DNA of 36,871 bases from Candidatus Rokubacteria bacterium GWA2_73_35. Its GTDB lineage: Bacteria; Methylomirabilota; Methylomirabilia; Rokubacteriales; CSP1-6. Under the pieces are notes generated by a model. It did no database searches and was not told the origin of the DNA. It worked only from the letters and a program-made list of their open reading frames with translations. The position numbers were made by a program, and so were the translations under genes. The stretch lies in contig MGBU01000238.1 of NCBI GenBank assembly GCA_001790205.1, positions 1 through 36,871 of the forward strand, given 5' to 3'. Of this stretch, positions 1-8,075 are shown piece after piece. Position 1 is the first letter of the stretch, and each line of letters opens with the position of its first letter.

Positions 1-1
1 C

Positions 2-706
2 CTCGCCGCGCTCGCCCAGGTGAGCTTCGCGGTGCGGGCGGGCGAGGTCTTCTCGGTCATCGGACCGAACGGCGCCGGCAAGTCCACGCTCTTCAACGTG
101 ATCTCCGGCCTCTACCCGCCGACCGCCGGGCGCGTCGTCTTCCAGGGCCGGGACCTCGTCGGGCTCGAGCCCGAGGTCGTGAACCGCCTCGGCCTCGCCA
201 AGACCTTCCAGATCACGAACATCTTCCCGGAGATCTCGGTCTTCGAGAACGTGCGCGTGGCCGCCCAGTCGCGGGCGGCGGTGGCGGGCCGGCTGGCCTC
301 GCTCTGGCGCCTGCCCGACGTCGAGCCCGCCGTGCTGGACCTCCTCGGCACGTTCGGCCTGGCCGGGCGGCGGGAGGAGGCGGCCGAGAACCTCTCGCAC
401 GGCGAGCAGCGCTACCTCGAGATCTGCCTGGCGCTCGCCACCGGCCCCACCCTGCTCATGCTCGACGAGCCCACGGCCGGCATGACGCCGGGCGAGACCC
501 GCGACGCGACCGCTCTGATCCGGAAGATCGTCAAGGAACGCGGCCTCACCCTGCTCCTCATCGAGCACGACATGGGCGTGGTCATGGGCATCTCGGACCG
601 GGTCGCGGTGCTCCACTTCGGCGAGAAGATCGCCGAGGGCGCGCCGGACGAGATCCGCGGCGACCCCCGGGTGATCGAGGCCTACCTGGGCGGGGCCGAG
701 GACTGA
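2..706 (+). CDS. livG: Branched-chain amino acid-type ABC transporter ATP-binding protein (LivG-like), 5'-truncated by window edge
   Basis: Walker A GPNGAGKST, signature LSHGEQR, Walker B LLMLDEP, C-terminal VIEAYLG typical of LivG. The frame is open from base 2 (LAALAQVS...), so the true start lies upstream of the window. Confidence 0.9.
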   Translation, partial: LAALAQVSFAVRAGEVFSVIGPNGAGKSTLFNVISGLYPPTAGRVVFQGRDLVGLEPEVVNRLGLAKTFQITNIFPEISVFENVRVAAQSRAAVAGRLASLWRLPDVEPAVLDLLGTFGLAGRREEAAENLSHGEQRYLEICLALATGPTLLMLDEPTAGMTPGETRDATALIRKIVKERGLTLLLIEHDMGVVMGISDRVAVLHFGEKIAEGAPDEIRGDPRVIEAYLGGAED

Positions 707-711
707 GCGCG

Positions 712-1419
712 ATGCTCAGGATCCGCGACCTCCACGCGGGCTACGGCGCGACGCCGATCCTCTTCGGCGTGGCGCTCGAGGTGCGGGCGGGCGAGGCCGT
801 CGCGCTCCTCGGCAAGAACGGCATGGGCAAGACCACGCTGATGAAGACCGCCATCGGCTTCCTCAAGCCGACCCGCGGGTCCATCGAGTTCGACGGGCAC
901 GAGCTGACCCGGCTCGCGCCCCACGCCATCGCGCGCCTCGGCGTGGGCTTGGTGCCCGAGAGCCGGCGCATCTTCCCCGGCCTTACCGTGCGCGAGAACC
1001 TCGAGCTCGGCCTCTCGGCCGCCGCCGACCGCTCGGCCGCGGTGCGCGAGCGGCGCCTCGCGGAGGTCTTCCAGCACTTCCCGCGACTTCAAGAAAGGCT
1101 GCGCCAGGCCGGCCGCACCCTCTCCGGCGGCGAGCAGCAGATGCTCGCGATCGCGCGCGTGATGATGGCCGGGGCGCGGATCATCCTGATGGACGAGCCC
1201 ACGCAGGGGCTCGCGCCCCAGTTCGTGCGCCACATCCGCGACATGGTGGGCGAGCTCAAGCGGCTCGGCGTGACCGTGCTGCTGGTCGAGCAGAACGCGC
1301 GCGTCGCGCTGGCCGTCTGCGACCGCGGTTACATCATGGAGAAGGGCGTGATCGTCTTCGAAGGGCCGGCGAAGGAGCTCCGGGAGAGCCCGGTCACCCG
1401 CGAGAAGCTCGGGGTATAG
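712..1419 (+). CDS. livF: Branched-chain amino acid-type ABC transporter ATP-binding protein (LivF-like)
   Basis: GKNGMGKTT, LSGGEQQMLAIAR, MDEPTQGLAP, LLVEQN; directly follows the LivG-like gene. Confidence 0.9.
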   Translation: MLRIRDLHAGYGATPILFGVALEVRAGEAVALLGKNGMGKTTLMKTAIGFLKPTRGSIEFDGHELTRLAPHAIARLGVGLVPESRRIFPGLTVRENLELGLSAAADRSAAVRERRLAEVFQHFPRLQERLRQAGRTLSGGEQQMLAIARVMMAGARIILMDEPTQGLAPQFVRHIRDMVGELKRLGVTVLLVEQNARVALAVCDRGYIMEKGVIVFEGPAKELRESPVTREKLGV

Positions 1420-1440
1420 ACGGGAGACCCGCCGCGCGCC

Positions 1441-2082
1441 GTGAAGAGCTGGGCCACGCACGCGCTCGCCGTCCCGGGACGCCGGCAGCACCTGCTGCGC
1501 ATCGCGCTCGCCGTCGTGGTCCTCGGCGCGCTCCTGTGGGCGCTGCCCGTGCGGCGGCCGGGCGAGGAGGGGGGCCACCGCGTCCCCGCGTCGGTCCGGC
1601 TCGACGCCTTCGAGCGCGCCGGCATGATCGAGCTGACCGAGGGCCAGCGCGGCCCCGCGTTCCGGCTTCCGACGCTCGCCGGCGGCCAGGCCGGGCTCGA
1701 GGACTTCCGGGACAAGCTCGTCGTCGTCAACTTCTGGGCGACGTGGTGCACGCCCTGCACGGTCGAGATGCCGACGCTCGAGGCGCTCTGGCGGGCCTAC
1801 CGCGAGCGCGGCCTGGTCGTCCTCGGCGTGTCGGTGGACGTCGGTGCGCCGCGGGGCCTGATCGAACCCTACGTCCAGAACCTCGGGCTCACCTTCCCGA
1901 TCCTGCTCGACGCCGACATGGCGGTGGCGCGCGCCTGGCGCGTCACGGGGCTCCCCGCCACGTTCGTCGTCCGGCCGGGCGGCGAGGTCGTGGGCATGGC
2001 GGTTGGCATGCGCGAGTGGAACGCGGAGCCGATGCGCGCGCTGCTCGAGCCGATGCTGCCCGGCGCACGCGCGCGCCGCTAG
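1441..2082 (+). CDS. Membrane-anchored TlpA/ResA-family thiol:disulfide oxidoreductase
   Basis: VVVNFWATWCTPC redox motif, cis-Pro region GLPATFVV, N-terminal hydrophobic helix. Start codon uncertain. Confidence 0.85.
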   Translation: MKSWATHALAVPGRRQHLLRIALAVVVLGALLWALPVRRPGEEGGHRVPASVRLDAFERAGMIELTEGQRGPAFRLPTLAGGQAGLEDFRDKLVVVNFWATWCTPCTVEMPTLEALWRAYRERGLVVLGVSVDVGAPRGLIEPYVQNLGLTFPILLDADMAVARAWRVTGLPATFVVRPGGEVVGMAVGMREWNAEPMRALLEPMLPGARARR

Positions 2083-2144
2083 CCCGGAGCCCATCGCGAT
2101 GTCGAGGGGCGCGCCACGGCTGGGCCGGGGCGTCCCGAGCGCCT

Positions 2145-2177
2145 GGGGGGCATGGGGGGCGCCCGGAGCCCCCCATG
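2145..2177. repeat. Intergenic G6-leader + GC hairpin (REP-like element, copy 1)
   Basis: GGGGGG then perfect 10-bp stem CATGGGGGGC (2151-2160) / GCCCCCCATG (2168-2177) with a 7-nt loop. Confidence 0.55.
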
Positions 2178-2258
2178 AGATCAGACGCCCGGGCACCGAA
2201 CGCGATCGAGCCGCCGGGAGTCCGCCAGCGCCACGACGCTGGGTATATCATCCGGCTG

Positions 2259-2888
2259 ATGCGACCCGGCGAGCGCGACGTGCTGCTGGTCGTCGACGTC
2301 CAGGCCGACTTCTGCGCCGGCGGGGCCCTGGCGGTCCCGCGCGGCGACGAGGTCGTCCCGCTGGTCAATCGCCTCGCGCGCGCGTTCGTCCACGTGGTCC
2401 TCACGCAGGACTGGCACACCCCGGGCCACGTGTCGTTCGCGTCGAGCCACCCGGGCCGCAAGCCCTTCGAGACGATCGAGCTGGCGTACGGCGCCCAGGT
2501 GCTCTGGCCCGACCACTGCGTGCAGGGCACGCCCGGCGCCGCGCTCCATCCCGCGCTCGCGATCCCGCGCGCCGAGCTGATCATCCGCAAGGGCTACCGC
2601 CGCGAGGTCGACTCCTACTCGGCGTTCTGCGAGGCCGACCGGCGCACCGCCACCGGGCTCGCCGGCTACCTGCGCGAGCGCGGCCTCGCGCGGGTGTTCC
2701 TCGCCGGCCTGGCGACGGACTTCTGCGTGGCGTGGTCGGCGCTCGACGCGCGCGCGCGCGGCTTCGAGGCGACCGTCGTCGAGGACGCCTGCCGCGGCAT
2801 CGACACCGGCGGCTCGCTCGCGCAGGCCTGGGCCGAGATGGCCGCCGCGGGCGTCGGCCGCATCGCCGCCGCCGCGCTCGTCGCCTAG
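2259..2888 (+). CDS. pncA: Nicotinamidase/pyrazinamidase (isochorismatase family)
   Basis: VVDVQADF, TQDWH, LWPDHCVQGT, IRKG..DSYSAF, GLATDFCV. ATG at 2259 lies within ORF 1536..2888, preceded by a TATCAT -10-like hexamer. Confidence 0.92.
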   Translation: MRPGERDVLLVVDVQADFCAGGALAVPRGDEVVPLVNRLARAFVHVVLTQDWHTPGHVSFASSHPGRKPFETIELAYGAQVLWPDHCVQGTPGAALHPALAIPRAELIIRKGYRREVDSYSAFCEADRRTATGLAGYLRERGLARVFLAGLATDFCVAWSALDARARGFEATVVEDACRGIDTGGSLAQAWAEMAAAGVGRIAAAALVA

Positions 2889-2915
2889 GGCGCGCCGCTC
2901 GGCACCGGTCTGCAC

Positions 2916-2929
2916 ATGACGCCCGTCAT
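2916..2929 (+). promoter_or_regulatory. Crp/Fnr-family-like operator upstream of the USP gene
   Basis: Perfect inverted repeat ATGAC-GCCC-GTCAT (TGA-N6-TCA core), centred ~31 bp upstream of a TAGGAT -10-like hexamer (2954-2959). Confidence 0.55.
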
Positions 2930-2966
2930 ATTGCGGCGCCCCCCGCGCGCGCTTAGGATGGCCCCG

Positions 2967-4187
2967 ATGGCCGACGACGCCATGCTCCGGTCCATCCTGG
3001 TGGCCGTGGATGGCTCTGCCTACAGCGGCTGGGCGGCTGATGCGGCGCTCGCGCTCGCGGCCGACTTCGGCGCCAGGATCACCGGCATCCACGTCTACGC
3101 GGCACGGCTGCACGAGCGGCGGTTCCGGGACATGGAGCCGGGGCTGCCGGAGGAGTACCGCGAGCCCGCGGTGCTGGCCCGCCAGCGCGAGGTGCACGGC
3201 ACGCTGATCGAGAAGGGGCTCCGCCTGATCTCGGACTCCTACCTCGGCGCCCTCGAGCGGCGGTGCCTCGACGCGGGCATCGCCTTCACCGGCAAGACGC
3301 CTGAGGGCAAGAACTACGCGGAGCTGGTCCGGGACATCGCCCAGGACGCGTACGACCTGCTCGTCGTCGGCGCCCGCGGCACGGGGGAGGTCTGGCGGCG
3401 GGGCGAGCGGCGCGACCACGTGCTCGGCAGCGTCTGCGAGCGGCTCGCGCGCCGCGTGCGGCGCGACCTGCTCGTCGTGAAGGACGCGCGCTCGCTCGCC
3501 GGCACGTTCGTGGTGGGCGTCGACGGCAGCGCCCGGGGCTTCGGCGCCCTGCGGCTCGCCCTCGCCCTCGCCGCGAGAACGGGGGCCCGCGTCCAGGCCG
3601 TGGCCGCCTACGATCCGTTCCTCCACAAGACGGTCTTCACGCAGCTCGAGCACGTCCTCACCGAAGACGCCCGCCGCGTCTTCGACAGCGAGGCGCAGCG
3701 ACGACTCCACGACGAGCTGGTTGACGGCGGCATCGCTCGACTCTACGAGGGCCACCTCGAGGAGGCGCGCCGTCTCGCCGCCGGGATGGGAGCGGAGATC
3801 GAGACCCGCCTGCTCGCCGGGCGCGCCTGGGAGGCGATGCTCCGGCACGTGGCCGAGAGCCGCCCCGCGCTCCTGGCCCTCGGGCGCACCGGGCTCCACG
3901 CCGACGAGGGCCTCGACATCGGCGGGAACGCCGAGACCCTGCTCCGGCTCGCGCCCTGTCATGTCCTGCTCGCCGCAGGCACGCTCGAGGCGCTCGGCCC
4001 ACCTGCCGCCAGCGAGGTTCCCGACGCCCTGCCGTGGACCGAGGAGGCCCTCGCCCGGCTGGAGCGCGTCCCGGAGTTCGTGCGAGGGATGGTCCGTCGC
4101 GCCGTCGAGGCGCACGCGCGCCGGCGGGGCCTCGCGGCGGTCGACGCGCGGGTCGTGGAGGAGGCCCGGGCCACGTTCCGCGGCTGA
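2967..4187 (+). CDS. Tandem universal stress protein with C-terminal PCP_red-like helical domain
   Basis: Two USP domains (ILVAVDGS...LLVVGARG...LGSVCERLAR; VVGVDGS...LALGRTG...IGGNAETLLRLAPCHVLL) and a C-terminal LPWTEEALARLERVPEFVRGMVRRAVE tail. Start chosen at ATG 2967 (alternatives 2916/2958/2982). Confidence 0.85.
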   Translation: MADDAMLRSILVAVDGSAYSGWAADAALALAADFGARITGIHVYAARLHERRFRDMEPGLPEEYREPAVLARQREVHGTLIEKGLRLISDSYLGALERRCLDAGIAFTGKTPEGKNYAELVRDIAQDAYDLLVVGARGTGEVWRRGERRDHVLGSVCERLARRVRRDLLVVKDARSLAGTFVVGVDGSARGFGALRLALALAARTGARVQAVAAYDPFLHKTVFTQLEHVLTEDARRVFDSEAQRRLHDELVDGGIARLYEGHLEEARRLAAGMGAEIETRLLAGRAWEAMLRHVAESRPALLALGRTGLHADEGLDIGGNAETLLRLAPCHVLLAAGTLEALGPPAASEVPDALPWTEEALARLERVPEFVRGMVRRAVEAHARRRGLAAVDARVVEEARATFRG

Positions 4188-4202
4188 GCGGAGGCGGCGT
4201 GC

Positions 4203-6524
4203 ATGCTGAACGTCGACAAGCTCTTCCCGCGGCTCTCGATCCGGGCCAAGCTGGTGGTCGCGTTCTGCTTTTTCGGCGTCGTCCCGGTGGCGGTCGTGGG
4301 GGGCTACGGCGCGCTCCATTCCTACATCCTGCTGAACGACGCGACCCGCGACCGCCTGAAGGCCGGCGTCGTCATGAAGGCCGAGGAGATCCAGCGGCTC
4401 CTGCGGGGCGTGCGTGAGGACGTGGTCTACCTGGCCGGGCTGCCGACGGTCGAGGCCCTCGCGAACCTGCCCCCGGGCGCCGGCGCCGAGCGTCACCACC
4501 TGGTCGCCCGGCTCCGCGACGAGTTCCTCTCGTTCTCCCGTGCCAGGAGCGTGTACCACCAGGTCCGGTTCATCGACGAGACCGGGCGAGAGATCGTCCG
4601 CGTCGACTTCGACGGCGAGCGGCCGCACCTCGTCGCCCCCGGGGCGCTGCAGACCAAGCGCGACCGCTACTACTTCACGGAGGCGATGGTGACGCCGCCC
4701 GGGAGTGTCTACGTCTCACCGATGGACCTGAACGTCGAGTACGGCGCCGTCGAGGTGCCGCCCCGGCCGATGGTCCGGTACGCCGTGGCCCTCCGGACCG
4801 CCCGGGGGGCGCCGCGCGGCATCGTCATCCTCAACCTGCACGCGTCGAGGATCCTGGGGCAGGTCCTTGCCCTCGGCCGGGAGCTCGGGAGCGTCTCGCT
4901 GGCCAGCTCGACCGGCCACTATCTCTCCCGCTCGGAGTGGGTCCGCGGGCCGACGGATGCGCCGTTCGCGCGCCGCCCCGAGGGGGTGGCGCAGGACTTC
5001 GCGCCCGCCCTCGCGGCAACCATCCTCGCGGGCACACCCGCGACGATCGCCGAGCCCGGCTTCGGCGGGCGCGTCGTCGCGTTCGCGCCGATCTTCCCGC
5101 GGCCGGACGCCGGCGCCGAGTTCTGGGTGCTCGCGCACGCCTACCGCAAGCGCGAGGTGCTCGCGTCGATCTGGTCGCTGCAGCTCGTGGTCGTGACCCT
5201 CGGCGCGGGCGTTCTGGGCGTGGCCGTCGTGCTCGGCGTCGTCGCCGCCCGTCACTTCACCCGGCCGATCACGGCGCTCAGCACCGCGGCGGAGGCCGTC
5301 GCGAGCGGCAACTACGCGCAGCGGGTCCGGGTCGAGACCAACGACGAGCTGGAGGACCTGGCGCGGCACTTCACCCGAATGGCGACACGGCTCGAGCACC
5401 GCGAGCGCGAGCTCCGGGAGGCGTCCGAGCGCGCGGAGCGGAAGGCGATGGAGTCGCAGGCGCTCTACGGGATCGGCACGGAGGTGCTCGGGCTCCTCGC
5501 GCTGCCGCGGATCCTCGATCGCGTCGCGGACAAGGCCCGCGAGCTGCTCCGCGCCGACGTCGCGATGCTGTGCCTCGCCACGCCGGAGCGGCCGCTCCGC
5601 CTCGGCGCCATGAGCGGCGCCACCGAGGCGCTGGGCCTGGCGCCCGGCGATCGCATCCCGGTCTGCGCGTGCGCGCAGGCCGGCTGCGTCGAGGTGCTCT
5701 GCCCGGCGGTCGTCGGCACGCCGTTCACGACGCACGTCGCCGTGCCGATGAAGAGCCGTGACCGCGTGGTCGGCGACCTCTGCGTGGCCTTCCTCGAGCC
5801 GCGCGCGCTCGGGCCCGACGAGCGGGAGTTCCTGACGGGCCTCGCGAATCTCGCGACGATCGCGATCGAGAAGGCCCGGCTCCACGACGAGGTCACCGAG
5901 CTGACCCGCCTCGAGGAGCGCGAGCGGATCGCCGCCGACCTCCACGACGGCATCATCCAGTCCATCTACGCGGCGGGGCTCGGGCTCGAGGAGTGCGTGC
6001 GTCTGGCCGACGAGGCGCCCGTCGCGATGCAGCGCCGGCTCGAGGAGCTGATCGACGCGCTGAACGTCGTGATCCGCGACGTCCGGAACTACGTCGTCGG
6101 ACTCGCGCCCGAGCGGCTTCAGGACAGAGACCTCTGCCAGGCGCTCGCCGATCTCGCTCGCGGTCTCTCGCTCAACGGGCTCCTCGAGCTCGAGCTGGAG
6201 CTCGAGCCCGGCGTCGAGGGGCGGCTCACGCCGGCGCAGACCGCCGAGCTCTACCACATCTGCCGCGAGGCGCTCACCAACATCGTCAAGCACGCGCGCG
6301 CCTCGCGCGTCGTCCTGAGCGTCGCGCGCGACGGCGACGCGCTCCGCGTCACCGTCGAGGACGACGGCGTCGGCTTCGAGGTCCCCGCGCGCCGGCAGGC
6401 CGGGCGGGGCCTGCGGAACATGACGGATCGGGCCCGCCGCCTCGGGGGCGACCTGGCGGTGGAAAGCCTGCCGGGCCGGGGCACGCGCATCACCGTGGCG
6501 ATCCCAGCGGAGGTCGCGGCGTGA
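4203..6524 (+). CDS. Membrane sensor histidine kinase (Cache-like periplasmic domain, HAMP, GAF, HisKA_3, HATPase; DevS/NarX-like)
   Basis: Two TM helices flanking an extracytoplasmic domain, HAMP (TRPITAL...NDELEDLARHF), H-box ERERIAADLHDGIIQ, EALTNIVKHA, DDGVGF, GRGLRNM. Confidence 0.9.
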   Translation: MLNVDKLFPRLSIRAKLVVAFCFFGVVPVAVVGGYGALHSYILLNDATRDRLKAGVVMKAEEIQRLLRGVREDVVYLAGLPTVEALANLPPGAGAERHHLVARLRDEFLSFSRARSVYHQVRFIDETGREIVRVDFDGERPHLVAPGALQTKRDRYYFTEAMVTPPGSVYVSPMDLNVEYGAVEVPPRPMVRYAVALRTARGAPRGIVILNLHASRILGQVLALGRELGSVSLASSTGHYLSRSEWVRGPTDAPFARRPEGVAQDFAPALAATILAGTPATIAEPGFGGRVVAFAPIFPRPDAGAEFWVLAHAYRKREVLASIWSLQLVVVTLGAGVLGVAVVLGVVAARHFTRPITALSTAAEAVASGNYAQRVRVETNDELEDLARHFTRMATRLEHRERELREASERAERKAMESQALYGIGTEVLGLLALPRILDRVADKARELLRADVAMLCLATPERPLRLGAMSGATEALGLAPGDRIPVCACAQAGCVEVLCPAVVGTPFTTHVAVPMKSRDRVVGDLCVAFLEPRALGPDEREFLTGLANLATIAIEKARLHDEVTELTRLEERERIAADLHDGIIQSIYAAGLGLEECVRLADEAPVAMQRRLEELIDALNVVIRDVRNYVVGLAPERLQDRDLCQALADLARGLSLNGLLELELELEPGVEGRLTPAQTAELYHICREALTNIVKHARASRVVLSVARDGDALRVTVEDDGVGFEVPARRQAGRGLRNMTDRARRLGGDLAVESLPGRGTRITVAIPAEVAA

Positions 6525-7171
6525 GGGCCCGGCGCGTCGGCGTGCTCATCGTCGACGACCACGAGGTCGTGCGCCTCGGCCTGCGCTCCCTCCTGGGCCG
6601 GGAAAAGGCGATCGAGATCGTGGGCGAGGCGGCGACGGCGGAGGAGGCGGTCGCGCAGGCCGAGCGCCTCCGGCCGACGGTCGTCGTCATGGACGTGCGG
6701 CTCCCCGACCGGAGCGGGATCGAGGCGTGCCGCGAGATCCGGGCGGCGGCGCCGGACACGCGGGTGATCATGCTCACGTCGTACGCCGACGACGAGGCCG
6801 TCTTCGCCTCGATCCTCGCCGGCGCCTCGGGCTACCTGCTCAAGCAGGCAGGGGGACTCGACCTCGTGCGCGCCATCGAGCGGGTCGCCGACGGCCAGTC
6901 GCTGCTCGACCCCGGGGTGACGGAGAAGGTTCTCGAGAAGGTCAAGCGGCTGGCGAGCGGCCAGCCCGACGAGGTCACGAGTCTCTCGCCCCAGGAGCAG
7001 AGGGTCCTCGCCCTCGTCGCCGAGGGCAAGACCAACAAGGAGATCGCGACCGCCCTGGGGCTCAGTGACAAGACCGTCAAGAACTACCTCTCCAACGTCT
7101 TCGACAAGCTCCACCTCTCGCGCCGGGCGGAGGCCGCCGCCTTCTTCGCCCGCCGCCGCCCCGCCGGCTAG
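6521..7171 (+). CDS. NarL/DevR(DosR)-family response regulator
   Basis: VLIVDDHEVVRLGL, VVVMDVRLP, GYLLK, LuxR-type HTH TNKEIA...SDKTVKNYLSNVFDKL. GTGA overlap with the kinase stop. Confidence 0.92.
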   Translation: MRARRVGVLIVDDHEVVRLGLRSLLGREKAIEIVGEAATAEEAVAQAERLRPTVVVMDVRLPDRSGIEACREIRAAAPDTRVIMLTSYADDEAVFASILAGASGYLLKQAGGLDLVRAIERVADGQSLLDPGVTEKVLEKVKRLASGQPDEVTSLSPQEQRVLALVAEGKTNKEIATALGLSDKTVKNYLSNVFDKLHLSRRAEAAAFFARRRPAG

Positions 7172-7172
7172 C

Positions 7173-7215
7173 GCCAGAGCCGATCGGCCCTGGCCAGGTC
7201 AGGGCCGAAAGACTC
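7173..7215. promoter_or_regulatory. Two DosR/DevR-box-like sites upstream of the peroxidase/Rieske/Mo-enzyme operon
   Basis: Near-perfect palindrome GCCAGAGCCGATCGGCCCTGGC (7173-7194) and a second site GGGCC-GAAA-GACTC (7202-7215), both resembling GGGAC-N4-G(T/G)CCC. The first could instead be a transcript hairpin. Confidence 0.4.
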
Positions 7216-7334
7216 ACGACCTTCCCCGTTCGGCACTTCGCTCCCCCGCGCCAGGCGCGGTACGCCTGGTGTGGCGCAATCCGCCGCGGCGCGGGCCCCG
7301 GCCCCCCGCGAGCGATACGAAGGAGGTCGCGCAC

Positions 7335-8060
7335 GTGAGAACCCTGGGGGCGCTCGTTCTCTCGGCGGTGCTGGCGGCACCGTCGCTCGCGGCCGGCTAC
7401 GACGTGGCGCCGGTCGCCGGTGGGGGCACGGTGGCGGGCAAGGTCTCGTTCAAAGGCGAGGCGCCGAAGCCCAAGCGGATGCTGATCACCAAGAACAAGG
7501 AGGTCTGCGGCGAAGGACAGCGGGAGATCGTCGAGGTGGCCGTCAAGGGCGGCGCGCTCGGGAACGCCGTGGTCGTCCTCGACGGCATCGCCAGGGGCAA
7601 GGCGTGGGCGCCACAGAAACCGCTCCTAGACCAGAAGGGTTGCCGGTTCATCCCGCCCCTGATGGTCGTCCGGAAGGGCGCGGACATCGACATCCTCAAC
7701 AGCGACCCGGTCCTGCACAACATCCACACCTACGAGATCATCGGCTCGGCGCGCCGCACCCTCTTCAACTTCGGCCAGCCGAACCAGGGGCAGACGCTCG
7801 GCAAGCCTGTCAACCTCCGCCGCGGCGAGTGGGTGAAGGTCGAGTGCGACGCCCACGACTTCATGCACGCGTGGATGTACGGGGCAGCCTCGCCGTACGT
7901 GGCCGTCACCGGCGAGGACGGCAGCTTCACGATCGGCGACGTGCCGCCCGGGAAGTACAAGATCCGCGCCCTGCATCCGGTCCTCGGCGCCAGGGAGGGT
8001 GAGGTGACGGTGACGGCGAAGGGCAAGGCGGAGATCTCGTTCGACTTCCCGGCGCGGTGA
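7335..8060 (+). CDS. Secreted cupredoxin-like protein with carboxypeptidase-regulatory-like beta-sandwich
   Basis: AGGAGG RBS at 7321-7326, GTG 7335, Sec signal peptide (..APSLA-A), LDQKGCRF, NSDPVLHNIH, KVECDAHDFMHAW (type-1 Cu-like H...C-x2-H-x2-M), TGEDGSFTIGDVPPGKY. Confidence 0.75.
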   Translation: MRTLGALVLSAVLAAPSLAAGYDVAPVAGGGTVAGKVSFKGEAPKPKRMLITKNKEVCGEGQREIVEVAVKGGALGNAVVVLDGIARGKAWAPQKPLLDQKGCRFIPPLMVVRKGADIDILNSDPVLHNIHTYEIIGSARRTLFNFGQPNQGQTLGKPVNLRRGEWVKVECDAHDFMHAWMYGAASPYVAVTGEDGSFTIGDVPPGKYKIRALHPVLGAREGEVTVTAKGKAEISFDFPAR

Positions 8061-8075
8061 GCGAGGAGGCTGGCC

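Noticed and set aside
2082-2171. 11-bp direct repeat GCCCGGAGCCC as a possible target-site duplication
   Set aside because: Short, GC-only, the second copy lies inside the hairpin, and no mobile-element gene is present.
1536-2258. Long N-terminal extensions in the ORF track for pncA (also 5993, 7065, 14141, 15718, 29538, 31409 starts)
   Set aside because: They overlap upstream genes in another frame. Internal starts with RBS, -10 or stop/start overlaps fit the domain boundaries.
7230-7290. Sigma54 promoter for the idr-like operon (TGGCGC and CGGCAC seeds)
   Set aside because: Neither seed has GC at the required GG-N10-GC spacing.
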